Source: Bacteroidales bacterium (GTDB lineage: Bacteria > Bacteroidota > Bacteroidia > Bacteroidales > BM520). From it: a DNA stretch of 64,000 nucleotides. Of this stretch, positions 28,977-38,400 are shown in pieces (within the stretch, counting starts at the first letter, position 1; each line of letters starts with the position of its first letter). Made by a program: the position numbers and the translations under genes. The notes below the pieces were generated by a model. It had not been told where the DNA came from and made no database searches. It saw only the letters and a list, made by a program, of their open reading frames with translations. Location: positions 55,222 through 119,221 of the forward strand of contig JAISNV010000028.1 in NCBI GenBank assembly GCA_031276035.1, read 5' to 3'.

Positions 28977-29064
28977 CGGAGAGACAGGGATTCGAACCCT
29001 GGGTTCCGTTTTGCAGAACACACGCTTTCCAAGCGTGCACCTTAAGCCACTCGGTCATCTCTCC
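28977..29064 (-). tRNA. tRNA-Ser (anticodon GGA)
   Basis: Reverse complement GGAGAGATGACCGAGTGGCTTAAGGTGCACGCTTGGAAAGCGTG...CAGGGTTCGAATCCCTGTCTCTCCG. 7-bp acceptor stem; anticodon stem CACGC/GCGTG with loop TTGGAAA; long variable arm; GTTCGAATC T-loop. 88 nt; CCA not encoded. Confidence 0.9.
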
Positions 29065-29244
29065 GAATCTATTCATACACCCTATATGAGCGGCAAAATT
29101 TCAGGCTGCTAAGATACAACATTTTTTTCTAAAGAATTATTTTTATTTCTATTTTTTATCAACTTAATAATTACAACTAATAACCAGGTGATTATATTAT
29201 TACAAATGAAATTTTATATATTAAACTTTTTTTTTACGAAAATA

Positions 29245-30021
29245 TTATATCGAAAACAACTTTTTTACATTCTCATTTGTGATTCTTGATAAATCTTCTA
29301 ATGAAATTTCTTTTATTTCCGAAACTTTCTCTGCAATAATCAAAATATTCTTACTATCGTTTCTCTTGCCTCTATAAGGTACCGGCGATAAATACGGAGA
29401 ATCGGTTTCCAAAAGGATATTCTCTAATTCTACTTCTTTTAATAATTCAGGCAGTGAAGAGTTTTTATAAGTAACCACACCTCCAACACCTATATAATAA
29501 CCTAAATCCAAAATACGTTTGGTTTGCTGCTTACTTCCTGGCCAACAATGAAAGACGCCTCTTAATCCCGAATATTTTTTCTCTCTTATAATATTAATAA
29601 TGTATTCTTCGGATTTTCTACTGTGAATAATCACCGGCAAATCCAATTCCAAAGCCCAATCAAATTGTTTACGCAAAACCTCAACTTGCAGGTCAAAGTA
29701 TGTCTTATCCCAATATAAATCCAATCCTATTTCACCAATAGCAATATATTTGTCTTTGTCTGAGAACAATTCTTCCTCAATAATATCTAATTGTTCTTTA
29801 TAGTCTTCATTAACAGACGTAGGATGCAAGCCCATTGCTCCGAAACAATATTCATGGTAATCCGATAATGTATTCTTAAGTTTAGTTATTGAATCTTTGT
29901 CGATATTAGGAAGAATCATTTTTGTAATTCCCGCATCGATAATATCTTTTATCACCTCTGCCCTATCAACATCGAATTCTTCGATATATATATGAGAGTG
30001 CGTATCCGTAAAAGTTATCAT
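29245..30021 (-). CDS. TatD family metal-dependent hydrolase
   Basis: Start moved to the ATG at 30021 (MITFTDTHSHIY), giving an ATGA overlap with the upstream GT9 stop. Motifs HSH, GLHP, AIGEIGLD, IHSR, HCW and ETDSPYL. Confidence 0.85.
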   Translation of the reverse strand: MITFTDTHSHIYIEEFDVDRAEVIKDIIDAGITKMILPNIDKDSITKLKNTLSDYHEYCFGAMGLHPTSVNEDYKEQLDIIEEELFSDKDKYIAIGEIGLDLYWDKTYFDLQVEVLRKQFDWALELDLPVIIHSRKSEEYIINIIREKKYSGLRGVFHCWPGSKQQTKRILDLGYYIGVGGVVTYKNSSLPELLKEVELENILLETDSPYLSPVPYRGKRNDSKNILIIAEKVSEIKEISLEDLSRITNENVKKLFSI

Positions 30022-31004
30022 TTTATTTCTTTTAAAATTATATCTCTGATTCCCGATATCTGTTCGTCGGTATATTTTACACAATTGAAATGTTTACGCG
30101 GACAACGTTTTTTCCCGAATTTACTACATGGCCTGCATTTCAAATCTTTTCTTTCCATCCAATGGTTTACACCGGCGAAATCATAAGGAAAATACGGAAA
30201 GAACCCCAGTTCAGGAGAAGTACTGCCCCAAAGGGTTATCAGATTCTTTTTTAGAGCTGCCGAAATATGCATCATTCCGGTATCGCCGGCAAAAACGAAT
30301 TCGGAATTACTGATTAGTAATGCCGATTGCTGTAAATTAAGTTTTCCAACAAGATTTAAGATATTATTACATGATGATGTAATGATTTCCCCCGCTTCTA
30401 TTTCTTTTTTTCCACCTATCAGTATTACCGGATAGATATCATTTATTTTATCAATTATCCTAATGATATATTCCGGCGGAACCGTCTTGGTATAATGTTG
30501 AGTGCCTACGGCAAATACCATGTATTTCCCGGGAAGAATAATCTCATCTGGAAGTTTCGTATCTTCTGAAATATAAAAATCCAAACCCTTATTATCATTT
30601 TTTATATTGAAGCGTATTAAAGTATCAATATTTCTATCAACAATATGTCTATCGGGCAATAAATTAATTTTAAAGGTTACGTAAAGCCATTTTCTAAAAT
30701 CTAATTTTTTAAGACTGCTTGAAGGAAGCCTAAGATTCAGCTTTATCATAAATGATCTCATATTGTTGTGAAGATCAATAACATAATCATATTTTTCAGA
30801 CTTTAATAATTCGATTGTTTCCTTAAGATTATCTTTAAAAGTTATTATTTTATTGATATTAGGATCATTTTCGACAAGTGAAACATTCTGATCCTTTGTA
30901 AGATAATGTATCTCGTGCGAAGTTTGCCGGGCAAGGCAACGAATTGCCGGACTCGTTAGAACAATATCGCCAATTGAGCTTAATCTTATAAGTAGTATCT
31001 TCAT
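30018..31004 (-). CDS. glycosyltransferase family 9 (LPS heptosyltransferase-like)
   Basis: 328 aa. MKILLIRLSSIGDIVLTSPAIRCL N-terminus, GDTGMMHISAAL motif, Cys-rich tail typical of Bacteroidota GT9 proteins. Confidence 0.75.
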   Translation of the reverse strand: MKILLIRLSSIGDIVLTSPAIRCLARQTSHEIHYLTKDQNVSLVENDPNINKIITFKDNLKETIELLKSEKYDYVIDLHNNMRSFMIKLNLRLPSSSLKKLDFRKWLYVTFKINLLPDRHIVDRNIDTLIRFNIKNDNKGLDFYISEDTKLPDEIILPGKYMVFAVGTQHYTKTVPPEYIIRIIDKINDIYPVILIGGKKEIEAGEIITSSCNNILNLVGKLNLQQSALLISNSEFVFAGDTGMMHISAALKKNLITLWGSTSPELGFFPYFPYDFAGVNHWMERKDLKCRPCSKFGKKRCPRKHFNCVKYTDEQISGIRDIILKEIK

Positions 31005-31014
31005 TCAATATTTC

Positions 31015-31809
31015 CTACAGAACTTGATATATTTGCAATAAGCTTTGCAATAAGTTTTCCAATTGATTCAAAGGCAGCATATTTTTCCCGTCCGAAAGTG
31101 CTTTTGACGGTTCCGGGTGCGTTTCAATGAAAATACCATCAGCGCCGGCGGCAACAGCAGCTTTAGCTATTGTTTGAATGAATTGCGGAGTGCCTCCTGT
31201 TACTCCTTCCGAAGTATTCGGCCGTTGCAAGGAATGCGTTGCATCAATAACAACCGGATATCCGAATGTCTTCATAATAGGAATCGAACGCATATCAACA
31301 ACCAAATCGCCATATCCAAAAGTTGTACCTCTTTCAGTAAGCATGATATTTTTATTTCCGGTAGATTCTATCTTTTCAACAGTAAACTTCATGGATTCAG
31401 GAGACAAAAACTGACCTTTTTTTACATTTACGATTTTTTCTGTTTTACCTGCCGCAAGCAACAAATCTGTTTGCCTGCATAAGAAAGCCGGGATTTGTAA
31501 GATATCAACATACTCAGCCGCGAGTTTAACTTCATTAACATCATGCACATCTGTTGTAACAGTCAAACCGAATTCCTCCTTAATTTTTCTAATTACATTT
31601 AAAGCCTTTTCATCTCCAATGCCTTGAAAAGAATTTAGTTTCGACCTGTTCGCTTTTCTATATGAGGCTTTAAAAACAAATGGAATTCCCAGCCTCGAAC
31701 TTATCGCTGATAGTTCTTCTGCAATTCTAAGAGGACTCGTTTCATCTTCGATAACACAAGGACCTGCAATTAAAAAGAACTGGGATTTATATTTTGCAAT
31801 ATCTTTCAT
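31015..31809 (-). CDS. kdsA: 3-deoxy-8-phosphooctulonate (KDO-8-P) synthase
   Basis: 264 aa. FLIAGPCVIE, QIPAFLCRQTDLL, KKGQF, DATHS and ETHPEP motifs. Confidence 0.9.
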   Translation of the reverse strand: MKDIAKYKSQFFLIAGPCVIEDETSPLRIAEELSAISSRLGIPFVFKASYRKANRSKLNSFQGIGDEKALNVIRKIKEEFGLTVTTDVHDVNEVKLAAEYVDILQIPAFLCRQTDLLLAAGKTEKIVNVKKGQFLSPESMKFTVEKIESTGNKNIMLTERGTTFGYGDLVVDMRSIPIMKTFGYPVVIDATHSLQRPNTSEGVTGGTPQFIQTIAKAAVAAGADGIFIETHPEPSKALSDGKNMLPLNQLENLLQSLLQIYQVL

Positions 31810-31832
31810 TTTTAATTTTTCATCGTTGATTA

Positions 31833-32966
31833 TTATTCCACTTTTACCGATTTAATGTTACCTGTTTCCGGATCAACGGTAAGTTGTTTATATTTCTGAG
31901 GGTCTAATGAAATAATATTTCCGAGTTGAGGCAATGAATATAAACCTCCTGTCAGTATTTTATTATCGTATTTAATTGATATATCAGCAACAACCGGTAC
32001 TCTGTATCGAATTCCCTTACTGTCATCCGGAGCTTGTATCTTTAGGATATCTGTATGAGGAGATACTTGAAACGTTAATTGTTGTCCGCTACCCTGGCGA
32101 GAACTGTTGCAAACGCCGGCCTCTTTCGAAAAACACAGAATATTTACATCTTTATTAATGTTGGCGGCATCAGGAGAATATACAAAACAATGTTTATAAT
32201 ACTTTATATTTGTATAACCGCAAAAAAGACTTAGATAAGCATTCTCGATTTCCAACAACCTTTTATCCATATATTTTATACTTCCCAACTCGTAAGATGT
32301 TTCTTGATAACCGGAAAGAAGGTCTAATCGATTTTGGCGGATATCCATGAGTTTTCCGACTGCTTCTTCAGCTTTTTCTTCCAAAGTCATTTCCTTTGTT
32401 TTAGAATTATAAACTTCCATTTTATAGAAGGAAGTATCGAAACTAACAACTCTTACCGCAGTATCAACAGTAGTAAATCGTGATGATATTGCCGAGAAGT
32501 TATTGAATTCGGGCATTTCCGTAGAATTAATCATATTGCCGAAGTTAATATCATTAAAATCTCCTTCAAAATCTTTTTGATTCGTCAGTCCGCAGAAAAT
32601 ACCGAGATTATTCATCATAACATATAAATCTTTCTCAACCTTACCCGGTTCGGGAGCCTTCAAAGAAAATTTAGCATCATCATCAGGTTCGCTGAACGGA
32701 TGAATCTGTACCCCTTCTATAAAGTATTCCTTTTTTTCGGATTTTATCGGATTCTCGACACCAAGATATTCCGAAGCAAATTTCGAATACGGTCCCGGCA
32801 CACTATGTTTTTCGGAATAAATAACTTCAATTATAAAAGATTTTTTCGGAAGATAATAAATAACAGCATCTTTATTATCGTTTTTATATTGGTTGACTGT
32901 TATTTGAGCGAAAGCTCCAAGATATAATATTGTCAATGTCGTGAACAAAAATATTTTCTTTCTCAT
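31833..32966 (-). CDS. exported hypothetical protein (possibly DUF4831 family)
   Basis: 377 aa with signal peptide ending GAFAQ. First gene of an apparent operon with kdsA, GT9 and tatD. Family name is from memory only. Confidence 0.45.
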   Translation of the reverse strand: MRKKIFLFTTLTILYLGAFAQITVNQYKNDNKDAVIYYLPKKSFIIEVIYSEKHSVPGPYSKFASEYLGVENPIKSEKKEYFIEGVQIHPFSEPDDDAKFSLKAPEPGKVEKDLYVMMNNLGIFCGLTNQKDFEGDFNDINFGNMINSTEMPEFNNFSAISSRFTTVDTAVRVVSFDTSFYKMEVYNSKTKEMTLEEKAEEAVGKLMDIRQNRLDLLSGYQETSYELGSIKYMDKRLLEIENAYLSLFCGYTNIKYYKHCFVYSPDAANINKDVNILCFSKEAGVCNSSRQGSGQQLTFQVSPHTDILKIQAPDDSKGIRYRVPVVADISIKYDNKILTGGLYSLPQLGNIISLDPQKYKQLTVDPETGNIKSVKVE

Positions 32967-32985
32967 GGCTTAAAGATTTATTTTG

Positions 32986-32993
32986 CAAAAATA
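32986..32993 (-). promoter_or_regulatory. candidate -7 box (TATTTTTG on minus strand) for the 32966-29245 operon
   Basis: Plus-strand caaaaata is the reverse complement of TAnnTTTG, about 20 nt upstream of the ATG at 32966. Confidence 0.4.
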
Positions 32994-33148
32994 AAGAAAA
33001 AAAACTTACAAACTCAACGTTTAAAGTTTTTTATAGTTTTGGATTCCGTATTCTCAGACCTATTAGTCATCACCGGCTAAGTGCTAAAAGACAGATATAT
33101 TTAATCTTTTATTCTTTCTCAAAAAAATTCAATCTTAATCTTCCGGTT

Positions 33149-35458
33149 CTAATTCCTAACGCTAAACTTTCTCATAATTACATTACCATACTCATCGGAA
33201 CAACGCATTATGTAATTACCCGGCGTAGTAATAATAGGCATTTGGTGAAAATGTTTTGTCTTACCTAAATAATCGTCATTGAGATTCCAAAAAATAGTAG
33301 TATTTGGTTGTCGATGTGCTATTTCGAAAATAACCTGTTGCCTGTCGCCTTTTATTCCTACTGGAATTATAACGGTTGTACCTTGATCAGGATAGATAAA
33401 CGACATCATTTGATCATTATTCGAGTGGCAACCGGCCAATAAAGGAGGCATAGAAATATAATCGGCATGCGATTTTTTGTAAAACCATTCCATTACCGGA
33501 GGCAAAACATAATAAATTTCGAAATTGTTCGGATCTAATTCGGTACAAGTAGATTTTACCCTGTATTGTTTCGTATCATCAAGAAATTCTTTCTTATGAT
33601 AAGGGCAAACTCCCGTATGAACTTCGCAATCGGGAATTGTTATAATTTTCGTTTCTTCACAATTTAGTGATTTCGGATAACCGGATACAGAGCAAACTTC
33701 AACTTCAACGGCATCATCGGTAATAGAAACAAAACCGTATCCCTTATTCAATTTATCTATAACTTCAAACATAACCGGAGCCGCAACACCAACACCTGTT
33801 AATCCGGGTCTTCCTTCCCCATCCGAATTACCAATCCAAACACCTACAACATATCTATCAACAACTCCAACGCTCCAAGCATCTCTCAATCCGAAGCTTG
33901 TGCCTGTCTTCCATGCAACTCTCTTCCCCGAATGAAAATTCTGCCAACCTAATTGCTGTTCTGGCCGGTTGACGTTAAGCAATGCTTGAAAAGTAAGAGA
34001 AATTGCAGATGGTGAAAACGGCGGATCAAATAAGAAACTATTTTTCAAGTCTAAAGAGTTAACCGAACAATAAAGTTTCCGTGCCATTGAGCCATAAGTA
34101 TTCGTAATATCAAAAAGACTTGCTTCGGCACCTCCCAGAATTAAAGATAATCCATAATGCTCAGGAGAAAATTTCAATCCGGAAAGTTTGCATTTCTTCA
34201 ATTTATCATAAAATTTATTTACTCCGTAACTTCTTAATAAATATACGAAAGGCATGTTCAGCGACTTAAATAAAGCTTCATCGGCAGTAACAGCTCCAAG
34301 ATATTCGCCCGAGTAATTTTTGGGAGTATATCCCGATATATTTATAGGAATATCCGGAATTATCATTTGCGGCAGTAATTCGCCGGCATCAAGCATACTC
34401 GAATACAAAAAAGGCTTTAAAATACTACCTGTAGAACGCTGCGCCATAATCATGTCAACCATACCCGCATCATTCGCATTCAAATAATTTCCCACATAAG
34501 AAACAATTTTCTCATCAATATAATCGACAACATAAACACAGGCGTTTTCAATTCCGTTTGCTGAATTTATTTTATAATGATTTGAAATTATATTAATTAT
34601 ATCCATTTGCAAATCATAATTAATATCGGAATGATTTTTTTTCTGATCGAAATATTTACCGAATGTCATTGAATAATGAAAAGCATGCATCGGCAAATCG
34701 TACGGAGCAGCCGGAATTTTTTCCAAACTTGCTAAGTCGAAATCATCTTCGGAGAAGTTTTTTACTTTTTGATACTTTTTCGGAAGGTATGATTTGGAAT
34801 CAATCAGACCATAGAGTAATTTATCCCTTTTTATTTGAAGTAATTCACGGTTTTTTCCGGGATGAATAAGCGCCGGGGAATTCGGCAAAACAGCTAAAAC
34901 AGCTAATTCGCTCCATGTTAATCTATCTGCGGAAGTATTAAAATATCTCCAGGCAGCGGCATCCAAGCCCACAACATTTCCCCCGAAGGGAGCATTGGCA
35001 GCGTATAATTGCAAAATTTCATTTTTGGAATACCTTACCTCAAGTCGTAAAGCTAAAATACTTTCAATAATTTTTTCTTTAAAAGTTCGTTCTTTGCCGT
35101 CTCTTGAAAGTCGAACCACTTGCATTGTAATTGTGCTTCCGCCGCGAATAACTTTTTTTGATTGAATATTATCCTTGGCAGCAGTAAATATTGAGACGGG
35201 ATTTATTCCGGAATGATGGAAAAACAATTTATCTTCGTAATGCGTTAAGCAGCGAATGTATTTTTCAGGCAAAACATTCGACGGCGGAAAACGCCATTGT
35301 CCGTCTTCAGCAATCTTAGCGCTCAACAGTCTTCCGTCTGAAGAATAAACAGTTGTCGAATACGGTTTATTAAACTTCGGAACAGGAATACATAGAAAAA
35401 GTAAGAGCGAGACAAGATATACTGAAAAAATTATCAATAATGCCTTACTGTTTTTCAT
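33149..35458 (-). CDS. pbpC: penicillin-binding protein 1C (bifunctional transglycosylase/transpeptidase-like)
   Basis: 769 aa. N-terminal TM; GT51 motifs EDKLFFHHSGINP and RGGSTITMQ; transpeptidase motifs STGSILKP (SxxK) and KTGTS. Sits directly downstream (12 nt) of an alpha-2-macroglobulin gene, the classic pairing. Confidence 0.85.
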   Translation of the reverse strand: MKNSKALLIIFSVYLVSLLLFLCIPVPKFNKPYSTTVYSSDGRLLSAKIAEDGQWRFPPSNVLPEKYIRCLTHYEDKLFFHHSGINPVSIFTAAKDNIQSKKVIRGGSTITMQVVRLSRDGKERTFKEKIIESILALRLEVRYSKNEILQLYAANAPFGGNVVGLDAAAWRYFNTSADRLTWSELAVLAVLPNSPALIHPGKNRELLQIKRDKLLYGLIDSKSYLPKKYQKVKNFSEDDFDLASLEKIPAAPYDLPMHAFHYSMTFGKYFDQKKNHSDINYDLQMDIINIISNHYKINSANGIENACVYVVDYIDEKIVSYVGNYLNANDAGMVDMIMAQRSTGSILKPFLYSSMLDAGELLPQMIIPDIPINISGYTPKNYSGEYLGAVTADEALFKSLNMPFVYLLRSYGVNKFYDKLKKCKLSGLKFSPEHYGLSLILGGAEASLFDITNTYGSMARKLYCSVNSLDLKNSFLFDPPFSPSAISLTFQALLNVNRPEQQLGWQNFHSGKRVAWKTGTSFGLRDAWSVGVVDRYVVGVWIGNSDGEGRPGLTGVGVAAPVMFEVIDKLNKGYGFVSITDDAVEVEVCSVSGYPKSLNCEETKIITIPDCEVHTGVCPYHKKEFLDDTKQYRVKSTCTELDPNNFEIYYVLPPVMEWFYKKSHADYISMPPLLAGCHSNNDQMMSFIYPDQGTTVIIPVGIKGDRQQVIFEIAHRQPNTTIFWNLNDDYLGKTKHFHQMPIITTPGNYIMRCSDEYGNVIMRKFSVRN

Positions 35459-35470
35459 TTCTTATTTAAA

Positions 35471-38400
35471 CTATTTTACCTCAATATTCCTTGCAGGAAT
35501 CACATAGAAAATTTCATTATTGTACATATCATCACAACGAACCTGCGGAACCGTATATTTACCTGAGTGTACGGCTACAAGACTGATTCTGAATTTCAAT
35601 TTCGCACCGGGCATTAAATCAAAATAATAATATGCTCTATCATCGCGAATATCAATAAATCTGATATTCTGATCATAATAATCATCGAACATTCTGTTAT
35701 TTACAATTTCCCAGCCACCGGGTAAAAGATATGTTAATGCATTATCGGTAATACGATATCTTTTATCATTATTTTCAACGGTTATTTCTGCATAAAATTC
35801 CGTATTCTTTGCCAATGATTTCGGATTAATAAGTTGCCCCGATTTATCATAATAATTTACGCTCATATTAATGTAAGCGCCTGATTCTATCGTATCATAT
35901 TCAGCAACATAACCTTTAGCATAAACACTTGCGTAAATCATATCATTAGAAAGATTTTCCACTTCTATTTTGCTATCTTCGTTCGGAACGAAATCAAAGA
36001 CTATAGAAGATCTATTTGTATTTATCTGATAATTTTTATTATCAATGGTGAGATTAGCAACTAAATCCGATTTTGTGAGATTATGTTTTTCGGCATATTT
36101 CCCAAGTACGAATAGATTAAAGGCCGCTGTCTGAGTCGACATCCATTGATTTTTGCCGAACTCACCGGCTAAACTCAGAATATCTTGACGAACAATTTCT
36201 TCATCAGCGTTTATCAACATTTCGGCATAAATATAGAATGCGAAATCTCTGCTGAAACTTCCGTAAGAAATATACCAATCCGACATCATTTTATTAGGTT
36301 CCAATTTAACTTCCGCGAAAATATCCTGTGCAATTTTTGTTTTTCCGGAAAGAGCATAAGTAGCGGAAAGAATTACTTTGGATAATTGTTGCAGATTCTC
36401 TTGTTCTTTAAACCTGTTCATTGCTCCCGTTTCAGGAGTATTATTTAATGCAAGTATGAAAAGTCTATATGCCTGATAAACGTCCGAAGTCGGATAATCG
36501 ACGTTGTAATTCCAAGCCTTAGCTTTGTTGGCGTGATATTTCATTATGCCTGAGAGCATATCGTCCGGAACATTATAACCTCTGTTCTTTGCTTCAATAA
36601 GAAAATGCGAAGCATAAATTTCTGTCCAAGGTACAACATAACTGCCGCCCATCCAGTTGGTCATAGAATTATCATTACGAAGATAATTTTTCAACTTGGA
36701 AATTGCAGCTTCAACATTAAGCTTTATTTCTTTCTGCTTTGCATCATCGAAAGTTATAAAATAATCCAAATAAAGCTGAGGAAAAGCCTTAGAAACAGTT
36801 TGTTCCAAACAACCGTGAGGATATCCTATTAGAAAATCAAGATGAGAGAACAAATCGAGAGGAATAAGAGTGTTCAAAGTAACTTGTCCGCCTGTAGTTC
36901 CATCAATTCCATTGAAAGACAAATCTATTGTTTTTGTAGATTTCGGATTTACTTTTTCCATTACAACAGTTTGCTTTAATGAGAAAGGCATCCTGATAGG
37001 AATAGTTATTTTTGATTCGGCACCAACATTTCCGGCAGAAGCGTTGATAATTAGTTCGGCATTTCCGGAAACTTTCGGGACTCTCAAAGTAAACTCAACT
37101 GTAGCTTCTCCATTACTGTTAGTTGTTACCGACATTGAATTTTTACCGATAATGTTGAGTTTGTTTGTTGAAAGACTGATGTTAATATTTTTGCCGATCA
37201 TGTCGGGAGCAATAACCTGAATCGGAACTATAAATTCATCATTTGGAGAAACGATTTTCGGCGCCGTAGGCATAATCATAATCGGATCTTTTACAATAAT
37301 ATTCTCTTGAGTGCTTCCGTAAGCATTTTTATCATTGGATGCAATGACCATTGCGCGCAACGAGCCTATATATTCGGGAATTTCTATTGAATGTTTGTCT
37401 TTAGCTTTCGCTTTTAGTTCAAATGGACCGTACGAAAAAGCCACGGCCTGAAATCTTTTAGATAAAGCTGTTTCCATATCGTTAAACTCCATATCGCCGC
37501 CGACAGCAAAAACAGAGTTCATCTCACCTTCGTAAGCATCAATAATTCCGGAATAATTATCCCAAGTATTTATTCTCAATGCCTGTTTTGAAAAGATATA
37601 TTTATGCGGATCCGGAGTTTTGTATGAAGTTATTCCGAGTATTCCTTCATCAACCAAAGCCAAAGTGTAATACATCGGTTTGCCGGACGTTTCGGAAACA
37701 GTAATATCAATATTTGTTTTCGATTGTGTTTCTTTAGGCATTGAAATTACAGGTTGAAGTTTTGTTGCAGGATCTTCAACCTTAACCGGAACAATTCCGT
37801 ACAATCTTATAGGAAGATCATTACCGGAAGTATAAGGTTGGAAAAGAATGACATTTATATAAACGTTGGGCAACATTGCTTCAGTAGCAACAATCTTCAC
37901 AAGAGCATCTTCTTTTAAATCAGAGACATTAAAACTCTCAATAACAGTTGAAGAACCTTCTATACAAACAAGGGCTTTTGCTTCCTTATTTGCCGGAAAA
38001 GTAAGATTAATTGTTTCTCCAACCTGATAAGTATCTTTATCTGTTTTTAAAGATAAAATTGCCGGTGCGTCACTGATATTTTTATTTCTATCATAATAAG
38101 GATAATCGAAATTGACGACTTCGGAAAAAACATGACCACCTTTATAATCATTGATAACAATAAGATAAGTTCCCCAATCTTTATCGGCAAAATTTAAAAC
38201 AAATTTCGATTTTCCGTTTTTCATACTTATTACATCTCCCTTAACAGGTCGTTTATAAGTACCGTTTACATATTTAGAAAGGTTTTCATAATCATTATCC
38301 CACCACCAATAGTAATCTAATTTATAAACACTTAGCGACAAATCGGCATTCTCATCATCAATTTTCCCGTCTTCGTTTACAAGCACAACATCGAAAGTCC